Notes: generated by a model from the letters alone, not told the origin. Positions 1 to 9,946 are shown, counted from the first letter of the stretch. The stretch is 42,440 bases of DNA from Saprospiraceae bacterium (GCA_007125435.1 SLDF01000316.1:1-42440); one strand, 5' to 3'. Translations and numbers: made by a program.

Positions 1-188
1 AGCCATAGTCAACCCTACGGTGATTGAACAAAATCAAGCAAAGCGACTTATTTTGAAGCCATTTACTCACGCTGTTTTGTTTTCTTTTTTTGTGTTCGTG
101 AATCTCCTTCGTCGATTTTAAGCCGTAATACCCGCCTGCTGCCATCGACAGGTGGCGGGCAGGGATTTTCTAATGCATAATACGGGTT
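1..188 (+). repeat. MITE-like nested-palindrome element, family 1. This is the right half; the left half lies outside the window.
   Basis: 1-188 aligns position for position with 10214-10401, with about three mismatches by eye. It has the same terminus, ...GCATAATNCGGGTT. It contains a GC-rich hairpin, CCCGCC...GGCGGG, at 131-164. Confidence 0.85.
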
Positions 189-243
189 AAAGCTGGTCTT
201 TGCCAGAGATCTTAGTAGTGACTAAAGTATGCCATGAAATAAT

Positions 244-281
244 GAATGGAGGCAATACAAGCTATGTATGTGCCTCCATTC
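244..281 (-). terminator. Putative Rho-independent terminator of the sigma/anti-sigma/lipoprotein operon
   Basis: An 11-bp perfect stem pairs GAATGGAGGCA (244-254) with TGCCTCCATTC (271-281) around a 16-nt loop. It lies about 77 nt past the stop of the minus-strand gene ending at 358. On the minus strand it is followed by ATTATTTC. Confidence 0.5.
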
Positions 282-357
282 TGATCCAAAGTCATATTGA
301 CCTGTAGCTATTGCAAGGTCTATATGAACTTAATAGTGCATGATGTTACCTACTCTA

Positions 358-1401
358 CTATTTAACTATTGCAAGAACAAACTGTCTTGCTTTAATATGC
401 ACTAGTTCTTCTGATCTGTTTTTCAAGGTAGCTTCGAAGCTGCCCATAACCTTATAAGTCATCTGGCCTTTATCGTTTGGCTTATATGGTTCAATTTTTT
501 CTATATTGAACGCAGAGGATGACGGTTGTTCGTGGTATCTGGTTCGATATCTTGTGCCTTCATTGTTTTCATACCATAGGTCTATGTTAACCGGTAAAGC
601 CACCTCCGAAGCGTGTCTAATATTCTTGAAGCCTACATGACCATTACCGGATAATCCACTTGCAGGTAAGTGCACTCTTATTTCAATGGGCTCAAGACCA
701 GGAGCTGCGAGTCTCCCAATAACGACATTCGATCCTGGAACAGACCTCATCGTTGAGAGTTTTCCATCTGACCACAATACATTATACTGGTCTATATCAG
801 CTTCTACTGATATATCGTAAGTACCATCTCCAAGGTCTTCGATAATCACCATTACGCTGTAAGGGTTTTCAAAACTCGTTCTCAATACCTGGGTAAAGCT
901 AATCAGGCCTTCTTCATCTAGGAGATAGCTTAACTGAAGTGTATCTACTTCTGTCTGATGATATTCTATGCTGTTGGCATGTAACCTGTGCACGGTATTA
1001 TTCATGCGCAGAGTGGTTTGCACAGGTGCAGAAAAGTCTGTGTCGGTCGTGATATTATTAACAATAGACTTCGACCCTTCATGCCTGAATGACAATCGAC
1101 CTGTAGAAAATTCTTCCGTCAATAGATCATCGTCCGGATAATTAATGTCTAAGCCTATAATACCATCGTGGCTTTCTTCGGCCTGAGATGATGTCAAAAC
1201 TGACCGAGAGATAAAAAGACCATTCTCTTCCAAAATATCTGTGTGCATGAAGTAAGACTGAACACCGGCCTTTAGCTCTTTTTGATCGCCATCAATATCA
1301 GCTGAAATGAAAAATACAGGCGAAAATTCCGGAACTTCTATATCTTGCTTTTGACAAGCTATAAGCCCAAGTAATATGCTTATAAATAAAAGGTTTTTCA
1401 T
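358..1401 (-). CDS. Hypothetical lipoprotein (347 aa)
   Basis: It is a long ORF. The N-terminus MKNLLFISILLGLIAC has a signal peptide plus a lipobox Cys. Its start lies 1 nt after the upstream gene's stop (1401/1403), so the two are probably co-transcribed. I do not recognise a family. Confidence 0.7.
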   Translation of the reverse strand: MKNLLFISILLGLIACQKQDIEVPEFSPVFFISADIDGDQKELKAGVQSYFMHTDILEENGLFISRSVLTSSQAEESHDGIIGLDINYPDDDLLTEEFSTGRLSFRHEGSKSIVNNITTDTDFSAPVQTTLRMNNTVHRLHANSIEYHQTEVDTLQLSYLLDEEGLISFTQVLRTSFENPYSVMVIIEDLGDGTYDISVEADIDQYNVLWSDGKLSTMRSVPGSNVVIGRLAAPGLEPIEIRVHLPASGLSGNGHVGFKNIRHASEVALPVNIDLWYENNEGTRYRTRYHEQPSSSAFNIEKIEPYKPNDKGQMTYKVMGSFEATLKNRSEELVHIKARQFVLAIVK

Positions 1402-1402
1402 C

Positions 1403-2593
1403 TTACAAGGATTTTGATATTTTAAACTCCAATGCCACAGGAAGCTGTCGATCTCTTCCGAAGGATTCGGGGTCAGTATTAAGCATGATATTGTCCAACC
1501 TTACGCCACCTCCAATCCTGAATGAAGATAAATCATATGTATAATGAATCTGCCCAGCCACAGACCACAAATTGAAGTAGTTGTCGACGATATTTATTCT
1601 CTCGGGCTGCCACTCTTGCCACGAGCTTTTGATGCTGCCTCTACTGTTTAAATGTCTTAGCAAAGAGCCTGTCAATTCTAATCGGCTTTTCTGACTCATT
1701 TGATAGGCTAGTCTCATGGGAATTTGCATTTGAAACCATTGATCAGTGTACATGGTCATGTCTTGATGACTTGACCCAAAGTCATAGGTAGGAAAAGACG
1801 CACTCGCCACAACCATATCATTAAACCTTCGATAGTGAACTCCAACTCCAACATCAAGACTAAGACGATGAAACTTTACAAGAGAAATAAACAATAAGGG
1901 CGTCACGTGATGATCTTGCCTTGTCGTGCCGGCTATCAACTCTGCATACATCCATTGTCTTTTTCTATGCCTAGAATCCTGTATTTTGGGATATAGAATC
2001 AAATTTTCTGAAGCTAAGCTTGATGCATCTAATCTATCAATTGTCTCCACTATGGAATAATAATCGGGTGAAAGTTCCGTCTCGACTGATTCATTATCGT
2101 TATCGAGACTTGGTAGGATTGCATCCTCAACTACGACCTGCAAATTATCTTGATCATCTAAGATGAGGTTATCTCTATACACATAGCCTTTACTTTCAAT
2201 TGAATGTTGATATCCTGTATTTGACTTTGAATTTCGGCTTGACGGAGAGGATTCCCGATCATTAGACGAACCCAATACAATGGTTTCTGCTGCTTCTTGC
2301 TCAGGCTTTTCAAGCTCAGAAATGGCTTCATTTTGCAATGCTGACTCATCTGAATTTTCTCCGCATTGAAGTTGAAAATGCCCTAAATCTCGCCCAAATG
2401 AAAGGTAGGATAAAACTCCAATCATAATAATCAGAAATGCCATGGATAGCAAACCCAATAATTTCTTAGTCCAAACTGTCTTTTTTGACAATTGGAGAAG
2501 ACCTGCAGCCTCATTCCAATCATCCTCTGTTGGATGAAATGAAGCTTCACCCATCTTATTTCTGAATAGGTCATCCAGTTTATTCCTTTCCAT
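1403..2593 (-). CDS. Putative anti-sigma factor-like membrane protein (396 aa)
   Basis: It overlaps the ECF sigma gene by 14 nt. It has a short cytoplasmic N-terminus, one TM segment (LLGLLSMAFLIIMIGVLSYLSF), a Ser/Asp/Glu-rich linker and a beta-rich C-terminal domain. The function is inferred from position and topology only. Confidence 0.6.
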   Translation of the reverse strand: MERNKLDDLFRNKMGEASFHPTEDDWNEAAGLLQLSKKTVWTKKLLGLLSMAFLIIMIGVLSYLSFGRDLGHFQLQCGENSDESALQNEAISELEKPEQEAAETIVLGSSNDRESSPSSRNSKSNTGYQHSIESKGYVYRDNLILDDQDNLQVVVEDAILPSLDNDNESVETELSPDYYSIVETIDRLDASSLASENLILYPKIQDSRHRKRQWMYAELIAGTTRQDHHVTPLLFISLVKFHRLSLDVGVGVHYRRFNDMVVASASFPTYDFGSSHQDMTMYTDQWFQMQIPMRLAYQMSQKSRLELTGSLLRHLNSRGSIKSSWQEWQPERINIVDNYFNLWSVAGQIHYTYDLSSFRIGGGVRLDNIMLNTDPESFGRDRQLPVALEFKISKSL

Positions 2594-3155
2594 AAATAAT
2601 CATTTTATGTCTTTTGATTTCTTCCGATATTGTTTCTTTGAGAGACTGTCTGGCATATGACAAATGCCACCTTGATGTCCCTTCTGAAATGTCAAGCAAT
2701 TCAGCAATTTCTCGATGCTTATATCCATCTATGACATAGAGGTTGAACACTTTAGAAGTTGTATCAGGCAGCTTTTTGACCATATCTAACACATCCTCAT
2801 ATGACAGCATTTGCTCAAAAGCCTCAGATTCCACAGTTATTTGTGGCATCGATACAGTTTCAGGGTTGTCAATATTCAAGCTTTCATTATGCTTCTTGTA
2901 TTTCCTGTATTGATCAATGTTTTCATTGATGCAGATACGTCTTACCCATCCTTCTATTGGTCTATTCAAGTCGATTTCAGATAGCCCATCGATAACCTTT
3001 ACAAAAGTGACATTGACACAATCTTTAGCGTCAATTTCATTTCTTTGATACCTCATGCTTACACTCATCAATAGATTGTAGAGTTTAAAATACAAAGCTT
3101 TACAGGCTTTTTCGTCCCGTCGTATACAAGCTTGTAAAATATCTTTATCAATCAT
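2580..3155 (-). CDS. ECF-type RNA polymerase sigma-70 factor (191 aa)
   Basis: A region-2-like segment (GWVRRICINENIDQYRK) and a region-4 HTH (HREIAELLDISEGTSRWHLSYARQSLKE) are present. Confidence 0.85.
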   Translation of the reverse strand: MIDKDILQACIRRDEKACKALYFKLYNLLMSVSMRYQRNEIDAKDCVNVTFVKVIDGLSEIDLNRPIEGWVRRICINENIDQYRKYKKHNESLNIDNPETVSMPQITVESEAFEQMLSYEDVLDMVKKLPDTTSKVFNLYVIDGYKHREIAELLDISEGTSRWHLSYARQSLKETISEEIKRHKMIIYGKE

Positions 3156-3183
3156 TGACCAATGAAAATTGCGGTTGTAAATA

Positions 3184-3214
3184 GCACCTCACCACGATCA
3201 AAGCAGTGAGGTGC
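3184..3214 (-). terminator. Putative terminator hairpin after the T9SS cargo gene
   Basis: A 9-bp stem pairs GCACCTCAC (3184-3192) with GTGAGGTGC (3206-3214). It lies about 40 nt downstream of the stop at 3253 and is followed on the minus strand by TATTTAC. Confidence 0.45.
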
Positions 3215-3252
3215 ACAAAATATATCTACCAGGACGATGTCAACCGTTCGGT

Positions 3253-5214
3253 TTATTCTTTTACGAACTTCACCACTCCTTGTCTATTTTCTGTAATAAC
3301 ACTGGCTATAAAAAGTCCTGATCTCAACCTACTGACATCAATTCTCAGTATGCCTGTATTAGGTGTTTGTACGCTTTCTGAGTGCACTATTTTACCTTGT
3401 ATATCGTATATATCAATGCGATGTATAGGCTCATTGACACCTGTAAAATCAAGGTTTAATCGATTGCCCACCGGATTGGGAAATGCATGAACCAAATCAG
3501 ACAAATGCACTTCTGACTGACTCAAAACGATATCTGCATCTCCATTGTGCGGATTATCTTCGGTAAGGGTCACTTCAATAGCTACTGTAGACATAGCCGG
3601 CCGCGTCAACATGACACGATAATGACCTAGTGCCAGGTTTCCAAATAAAAACTTTCCTTCAATATCGGTTTTCTGATGCCCTACGACGGCATCTTCATCT
3701 ATGCTATAAAGAAGTACATCATGTCCGGCCAGATGTTGATTCGCCCCGCGGTTCCCATTATCACCCAGGTCAATGTCCATAAGGTTATTGGCACCGGATA
3801 GACCGCCGGATATCAGTCCATCCCCCTCTGTATCATGGATTTCAAACACAAAGATATTGACACCATTTAGAGAAACCTGAGTACTTTGTATAATGTCAGC
3901 TTCATCCCATTCTAAAGTCTCTCTGTAATAACTTGGGGCAAATGTCCTGTCGCCCACAGGATAAGGCTGAATCCGTAATACGTGGTCGTACTGTCTTGTA
4001 ATATACGTCGAAAAGATCAAATTAGCTGTAGCCTCTACAGAGTCCGCCAACACAGGACCTTCAGGTCTTAACTGATATATGTATACCATGCCCGAGTAAG
4101 AATTATTATCTTGATCCTTAATAGACCCATATAGCTGTGCGTCATTGATAACATTACCTACACATGTATAGTAAAAGCAGCCCTCTCCATTGTCCTTTAT
4201 TTCTACACAGTATGTTGTATTGTTGGTTGCCGTTATGGTCTCTTCTTCCCAGAAGAAATTTGTCCAATAATAAGATAAGTCATCTGAGTCGCCACTTAAT
4301 TGTGCGGTAAGGATATTCTGTCCAATTTGAGTCTCAACACTGATACTAGGCTCAGCCTCGCAGGTGCGTCCAAAATCAATAAAAATATCCTTACTGACAA
4401 AACATGCGCCTTCAGATCTAGATGCCATGAATGTATAATCGCCCTGATGCTCAATTGTCATCGGAAGAAATACAACACGCCCATTCAATCTATACGTATC
4501 AAAACCTACTTCATTAAAATCAATCACATCTAATGTAACTGCTGTACTGTCCTCATTGTAGACTAAAGATATATCATAATCACAATCCCCTACCCAATCA
4601 TTCTCAACTTCGATACAAGCCTCTGCGGTACAATCTTCACTATCTGTAATGGTAAGGCAATACACACCAGCCTGTGTGACCAAAGTATTTAGGGTCACAT
4701 CTCCATTGCTCCAATTGTATCTAATGGGAGGTACACCTACAGCGCTAGGTTGCAGCAAATAACCATTATTCGTACTAAACTGATAGATATCTACCTGACA
4801 ATCCTCAACATTGAGCCCATCATAGCATGCTATAATTTCACAATCATCATCATCTGTAATGGTGACGCAATAAACTTCTGAGGATGACAGAGGCACTACT
4901 ATCTGAGTATTGGTCTCTCCGGTACTCCACTCGAATGAATAAGGTGGTACACCGGCCGCTATGACAGCCTGAAGTAAAACTGTAGAATCTGTGATGAAAA
5001 AATCTAAAATAAATCCTGCACAATTGGATCTCGAGTTGACTCCAGAGTCTTGATCTCTAGTGCTTTTTACAAAAGTCCAATCTGAAATAGATTGATGGAT
5101 ATTTGTATTGTCCTCAATTGGTAATTCCTGAGCATAAGTATATTGCCCATAAATCAGAAAGGAGAAAACCCAAATAATAGTTGATGCTATTCGGTAATGT
5201 TTAAGGTGTCTCAT
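3253..5214 (-). CDS. Secreted T9SS cargo protein with SprB-like Cys-containing repeats and a C-terminal Por/T9SS type A sorting domain (653 aa)
   Basis: It has a signal peptide. It carries repeated modules such as PPYSFEWSTGETN...CVTITDDDDCEIIAC, PPIRYNWSNGDVT...CLTITDSEDCTAEAC and CVEIKDNGEGCFYYTC. The C-terminal tail (FPNPVGNRLNLDF...IDIYDIQGKIV...GLFIASVITENRQGVVKFVKE) is typical of T9SS sorting domains. Confidence 0.85.
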   Translation of the reverse strand: MRHLKHYRIASTIIWVFSFLIYGQYTYAQELPIEDNTNIHQSISDWTFVKSTRDQDSGVNSRSNCAGFILDFFITDSTVLLQAVIAAGVPPYSFEWSTGETNTQIVVPLSSSEVYCVTITDDDDCEIIACYDGLNVEDCQVDIYQFSTNNGYLLQPSAVGVPPIRYNWSNGDVTLNTLVTQAGVYCLTITDSEDCTAEACIEVENDWVGDCDYDISLVYNEDSTAVTLDVIDFNEVGFDTYRLNGRVVFLPMTIEHQGDYTFMASRSEGACFVSKDIFIDFGRTCEAEPSISVETQIGQNILTAQLSGDSDDLSYYWTNFFWEEETITATNNTTYCVEIKDNGEGCFYYTCVGNVINDAQLYGSIKDQDNNSYSGMVYIYQLRPEGPVLADSVEATANLIFSTYITRQYDHVLRIQPYPVGDRTFAPSYYRETLEWDEADIIQSTQVSLNGVNIFVFEIHDTEGDGLISGGLSGANNLMDIDLGDNGNRGANQHLAGHDVLLYSIDEDAVVGHQKTDIEGKFLFGNLALGHYRVMLTRPAMSTVAIEVTLTEDNPHNGDADIVLSQSEVHLSDLVHAFPNPVGNRLNLDFTGVNEPIHRIDIYDIQGKIVHSESVQTPNTGILRIDVSRLRSGLFIASVITENRQGVVKFVKE

Positions 5215-5431
5215 AATGTGTACTATTTAATCACGTTCACTAATAAATTGAACAATAATTAAGATTGGCCAACTCAATTTAATTGCTTCTTTCCCTGATT
5301 ACACGTATTGACTGTCTAAAAAGGTTGGAAGACTAAGCCAATTATATTCTCCAAGTTTAAAAACTATTATGATTAATCAAGTGATACTTACAAAGCACAA
5401 ATAGCATCCATTTTGAACGATATAGCATCAT

Positions 5432-6208
5432 CTATCCCTCAATCCACTCTTTGAAGCTTGCTACTCTATCGCGTGAAACATAGATATCATCACCTTGATG
5501 GATATGAAGTTTTAGCTTGAGTCTGCCGTTAAAATGCTGGCTGGCGTGAATGAGATTGCTCCTATGTATAATGGCCTGTCTATTGGTTCTAAAAAACTCA
5601 GTCGGGTCCAGTAATTTCTCCAGATAGTTGAGGCTGTAGTCAAGAGGATGCTTGATTTCATGTATATCTAATGCCCATGAGCATTCATCAAAGAATACAA
5701 GTCTTATAGAGTCAGTAGGCAAAGCGTAAAACCTATCGCCTTTCTTTACTAAGAACCGACTTTTATAGGTACGCCTTTGTTCGTCGATGATACTACTGAG
5801 TGATCGCTGAACCTGATCATGGATATCATCTTTATGCTCTAAGTGTTCTATCCTTTTGATGTGTGTTTCTAACTGTTGCGTATCAATTGGCTTGAGTAAA
5901 TAAGCAAAGCCTTTGTATTTAAAGGCCTCTAATGCGTACTGGGAATATGCCGTTGTAAATATGACGGGGATCCATAGACTTATCTCCTTAAAAATCTCAA
6001 AGCTCAAACCATCTGTCAGCTCTATATCACTGAATATAATATCCGGATTAGCACCTTCTTTTAACTTTTCTATACTATCTTCTACGCTTTGACAAGTATC
6101 TATGATTTGCCAATTGGGTCTGAGATCTTTGATTTTTCGAATTAAATTCTTTGCTGCGTAGGTTTCATCTTCAATTATTAATACCTTTTTTGATGTCGAT
6201 TTCATCAC
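5432..6208 (-). CDS. LytTR-family response regulator (258 aa)
   Basis: An N-terminal REC domain (VLIIEDE...FSDIELTDG...LLKP) is followed by a C-terminal LytTR DNA-binding domain (FFRTNRQAIIH...YVSRDR). It overlaps the upstream kinase gene by 4 nt. Confidence 0.9.
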   Translation of the reverse strand: MMKSTSKKVLIIEDETYAAKNLIRKIKDLRPNWQIIDTCQSVEDSIEKLKEGANPDIIFSDIELTDGLSFEIFKEISLWIPVIFTTAYSQYALEAFKYKGFAYLLKPIDTQQLETHIKRIEHLEHKDDIHDQVQRSLSSIIDEQRRTYKSRFLVKKGDRFYALPTDSIRLVFFDECSWALDIHEIKHPLDYSLNYLEKLLDPTEFFRTNRQAIIHRSNLIHASQHFNGRLKLKLHIHQGDDIYVSRDRVASFKEWIEG

Positions 6209-7278
6209 TCGTTAATTAAGGGTAATTCAATTGTAAACCATTCTTCGTCCTTTTTTATGTTTGTTGTCTTGCCAACGAGCAGTTGGTATCGCTTTTCCAG
6301 GTTTTGCAATCCCATGCCGTGGCTCAAAACGCTGGTCAATGGTTTAGGGTTCAGTAAGTTTTTGATAACGAGCGCATCACCCTCTACGTAAATATCAATT
6401 GGCATTGGATGACGCGTATTTATGATATTATGCTTAACGATATTCTCTATTGCAATCTGTGACGCCAATACCGGAATGTTGGCGTCGATATGTCCGGCAT
6501 CCGCTGGCCATTGTATTTTTAGCACAGGTCCGTACTTTGTCTCCAGAAGATAAATATACGACTTTAAAAAGTTCAACTCATCAGATAGCGCTATCAAGGT
6601 TGATTTATTGTGATCCAATATGTATCTGTAAACACGGGACAGTTCCTCTACATAGTGACTTGCTTTTTGTTGGTCTTCATGTATAAGCTCCGATAGAGTT
6701 GTCAGGGCATTAAATAAAAAGTGAGGATCCATCTGGCCTCGTAGAGCCTCCAACTGAGCCGTTTGATGTGCAATTTGCAATTCTTTTTCCCTTAGTAATC
6801 CAGCTCGCCATTGACTGAAAAAGTACCTTCCCACATATACGGCATTGATGAGCAAGGTGATAATAATGGTAAATATAATGGTGCTGTAGTAATCAAAGCT
6901 GTCTCTGATTCCTTGACTCACCAATACATTAATAACAATAACTGAAAGTACAATAACAAATGCCACCAATGTATTCAAGCTCGTTTGTATCAGCAGCCTT
7001 TTGACGGTTTGTTCATTTCTAGGGTATTTGATGAGCGCCCAGTTTGATATGGCCATGTTGCTGGTCCAAATAGAAAAAGACAACAAAAAAGCTACAGTAC
7101 CATACCCTACAAGCATATTAGGCCCTCTACCTTCAGCCAGATATCCGGTAATTCCTGATAACAATCCTATTATTAGAGAGCCTACTACAGCTTCTAATAC
7201 AGCTCTTCTGGTCAATATGTCATGGCATTGGCCACCTGTGTCTTTCAATTTTGCTTCACTTTTATTAATACCGTCCAT
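6205..7278 (-). CDS. LytS/YehU-type sensor histidine kinase (357 aa)
   Basis: A multi-TM N-terminus is followed by the His_kinase motif QMDPHFLFNAL and a C-terminal ATPase-like region. Confidence 0.85.
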   Translation of the reverse strand: MDGINKSEAKLKDTGGQCHDILTRRAVLEAVVGSLIIGLLSGITGYLAEGRGPNMLVGYGTVAFLLSFSIWTSNMAISNWALIKYPRNEQTVKRLLIQTSLNTLVAFVIVLSVIVINVLVSQGIRDSFDYYSTIIFTIIITLLINAVYVGRYFFSQWRAGLLREKELQIAHQTAQLEALRGQMDPHFLFNALTTLSELIHEDQQKASHYVEELSRVYRYILDHNKSTLIALSDELNFLKSYIYLLETKYGPVLKIQWPADAGHIDANIPVLASQIAIENIVKHNIINTRHPMPIDIYVEGDALVIKNLLNPKPLTSVLSHGMGLQNLEKRYQLLVGKTTNIKKDEEWFTIELPLINE

Positions 7279-7390
7279 AGATAATTAATTTTTCTCACTT
7301 CCTCGTAGTTCTTTCATGATTTAGCAACTTGACTTCACATAAACTGTCATGATCAAGATGTCTTTCGAAATTTTAATTTTTCTACAGACT

Positions 7391-7525
7391 TGCATCAGCG
7401 CTGCGTAGTGGGTGGCGTAGCGAAGTGGAGCCAGACTCGATGTAGCTGAGGCGGAATCGAGGCCGAACGAATAGTGAGCCCCGGAGCATAGCGACCCGAC
7501 GACGACAGGAGGAGGGTGATGCCCA
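7391..7525 (+). repeat. Interspersed repeat family 2, copy A (135 bp)
   Basis: It begins TGCATCAGCG and ends GGGTGATGCCCA. The termini share an inverted GCATCA core. It is roughly 85-90 percent identical by eye to the reverse complement of 21500-21635. Confidence 0.85.
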
Positions 7526-7582
7526 ATTTATCAAAATGAATCATCCCCAATCATCCTCTATGAAACTATAGAATAAAACCCC

Positions 7583-9946
7583 TCAAAACAAGATCCTGTA
7601 ATTAAACATAGGTAAAAATCCGAGTTGGTTGATCGTAAGGATGTCTTCAGTAGCGGGATTGTAAGTCCGGATGAATGGATTCTGACGGTTGGTTACATTT
7701 TGAAAGTCAACGAACCATTCTTGCATGTTTTTCCGTCCATTTATTCTGAGTGTCAATCGGACGTCCAGCCTATGATAAGTCGGTAACTGCTCTTCGTAGG
7801 CGCGGTCTGTCATCAGTACCTCCTCGCCTTTCTGCCTGGAAGCCTCAAGGTCAATAGGTGTCATACGGCGCCCTCCTGCCAAGGTGTTTCTCACATCTAC
7901 TGACAATAAGGTCTTAGCACTTAATGAAAACTCGTATCCTCCAAGAAGGTTGGTTACATAATTACCGTTGAAGGCGGTTTCTCTCAGCACTCCGTCACTG
8001 CCTCTGAACCGGGAATCAAAGATGGATGTAGTACTCAGTAAATAGAAGTTTCTAGCAAATCGACGCTCTATCGTCCACTCAACACCGGTATTGTATCCTG
8101 TACCACCATTAAATAAATTACGAACAGATGGTATACCAAAATCAGCACCAAAATTGATCATCGAGAACGTGCCTATATCTTCACTAACGGGTATATCAAA
8201 GAGGTCTTGATAATACACTTCCATCTTGATCAACCATAGCTGGGAAGGCCTGTAGCTGTATGACAGCACATAATGATCCGATCGGCTGAATCCAAGATTG
8301 AGATTGGTCAGCTCGGTCGACGCTCTACCCTGATAAAAGAAACTCAACATACTCTGCACCTGACTGTGGCGGCCAAAAGCTGCGCTCAATGCGTGGCTGG
8401 AATTTATATCATAGCTTAACGATGCACGCGGCTCTATGACATAAGTATCATTCAAGAATAAATACATCCCATGCAATCCCCCACTCAGCGTCCATTGGTC
8501 ATCAAATTTGTACTGATACTGACCATAGAGCTGGACGAGCTGTGTATTCCCATCCGACTCTCTCAGCGGGAAGAACATGCCCATCCTGGCAACAGAATCC
8601 CTCAGATTAAAGTCAATGTGCTGCGCTATGGCACCAATTCGCAGAAAGTTCTTGGCATTGAACTTCTTCTGTAACCTTACGTGGGCTTGATAGCGATTTT
8701 CAACAAAACGGTCTCCAAAAAACAAAGCTCGTTCGTCGCTATCCGGCAATAATGAATCAATGCGGGTCGCCTGCTGCAGCTGATTAGCAGACAAAATACT
8801 CCGCAATTGCCAGTCGCCCTTGAGCCTAATGGTATGTTTCAATCCGACAATACCGGCTCTGGAAGAGAAATAAGTATCCCGACCTGTCTGTGCATAAAAA
8901 TTAGTTGAATCACCTTCGTTCACTGCCAGATCAATATCACTAATGCCCCCAAGTCCGAAGGCCTCAAAAGTACCATACTTTTCTGTTTCCCAATACAGCT
9001 TAAATGACACATCTTGATAGGCCGGGATAGCTGTCCCTGTGCCCGTAAAGCCACCTAGCCCTATCAAATCAAACAGTGCCAAAGTCGAATATCTGTAATT
9101 GATGAGATAAGAGGATTTGCCCTTAAGGCCTAGTGGCCCTTCGGCTCCCAGCTCAAATCCATTGTAGCCAACCTGACCCACAAACTCATGCTTCTCCGTA
9201 TTTCCTCTCCTGAGGGTGAGGTCAAAACTCCCTGCGAGAGCATTACCGTACTCCGCCGGAAAGGCGCCCGTCAAGAAATCAGAGGCACCGAGAAGATTAT
9301 TATTAAGCATACTCACAGGACCACCCGTACTTCCAAAAGCACCAAAGTGATTGGGATTGGGTATATCTACACCTTCAAATCTCCATAACAACCCTGAAGG
9401 TGAATTACCTCTGATGATGATGTCGTTCCTGGCATCATTGGCGCCACTAATACCGGCAAAGTTTGCTGCCATGCGGGATGGATCATTGAGACTGCCGGCA
9501 TACCTCCTGGTATCCTCTGCATTGAAGCTGCGCGCACTTACCGCCGCTAATTCATTGGTGGGTCTGTGCCTATCCCTCCAGGCTGTGACGCTCACCTCGT
9601 CAAGCTTCACTACCCTCTCTAGTAAGTGGACATCAACCACACTTTCCTTACCTACATGAGCTATGACTTCTATTTGTCCTCGGGATTGATAACCCACCAA
9701 TGATACGAATAGCATATACCGACCCGGCTTGAGCCCGTCAAACCGATAGGTGCCATCTCCTTCTGTGATCTGCATGGCTTCATATCCGTCACCCTGAATG
9801 ACCACACTAGCGGCTTCGAGGGGTGTTTCCATCCTCTGCTCCATGACCCGCCCCCTTATCGTCGTCTCCTGTGCCCTTAGCGGGAGAAGCATCATCCAAA
9901 GCACGATCGTCAGTATGAAATGTAAAATAAATCGCATAATCATCAC
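7583..9946 (-). CDS. TonB-dependent outer-membrane receptor with an N-terminal carboxypeptidase-regulatory-like domain (787 aa)
   Basis: A signal peptide is followed by a CarboxypepD_reg-like segment (TIRGRVMEQ...GRYMLFVSLVGY). A plug-like segment (RYAGSLNDPSRMAANFAGI...IIIRGNSPSG) follows. A long beta-barrel region ends in ...NYRILF with a terminal Phe. Confidence 0.85.
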   Translation of the reverse strand: MMIMRFILHFILTIVLWMMLLPLRAQETTIRGRVMEQRMETPLEAASVVIQGDGYEAMQITEGDGTYRFDGLKPGRYMLFVSLVGYQSRGQIEVIAHVGKESVVDVHLLERVVKLDEVSVTAWRDRHRPTNELAAVSARSFNAEDTRRYAGSLNDPSRMAANFAGISGANDARNDIIIRGNSPSGLLWRFEGVDIPNPNHFGAFGSTGGPVSMLNNNLLGASDFLTGAFPAEYGNALAGSFDLTLRRGNTEKHEFVGQVGYNGFELGAEGPLGLKGKSSYLINYRYSTLALFDLIGLGGFTGTGTAIPAYQDVSFKLYWETEKYGTFEAFGLGGISDIDLAVNEGDSTNFYAQTGRDTYFSSRAGIVGLKHTIRLKGDWQLRSILSANQLQQATRIDSLLPDSDERALFFGDRFVENRYQAHVRLQKKFNAKNFLRIGAIAQHIDFNLRDSVARMGMFFPLRESDGNTQLVQLYGQYQYKFDDQWTLSGGLHGMYLFLNDTYVIEPRASLSYDINSSHALSAAFGRHSQVQSMLSFFYQGRASTELTNLNLGFSRSDHYVLSYSYRPSQLWLIKMEVYYQDLFDIPVSEDIGTFSMINFGADFGIPSVRNLFNGGTGYNTGVEWTIERRFARNFYLLSTTSIFDSRFRGSDGVLRETAFNGNYVTNLLGGYEFSLSAKTLLSVDVRNTLAGGRRMTPIDLEASRQKGEEVLMTDRAYEEQLPTYHRLDVRLTLRINGRKNMQEWFVDFQNVTNRQNPFIRTYNPATEDILTINQLGFLPMFNYRILF

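Noticed and set aside
3206-3490. Short ORFs antisense to or nested in long CDSs. Examples are 2158-2349, 3206-3490, 4300-4533, 6450-6686, 7001-7288, 8471-8674, 9188-9659, 12190-12549, 14244-14609, 16068-16472, 17916-19867, 20020-20976, 22754-23050, 24535-24903, 26661-26942, 28989-29264, 35311-35535, 37961-38182 and 38490-38702.
   Set aside because: Each lies wholly or mostly inside a longer ORF that has clear family motifs. They show low-complexity or odd composition and no independent support, which is typical of shadow ORFs.
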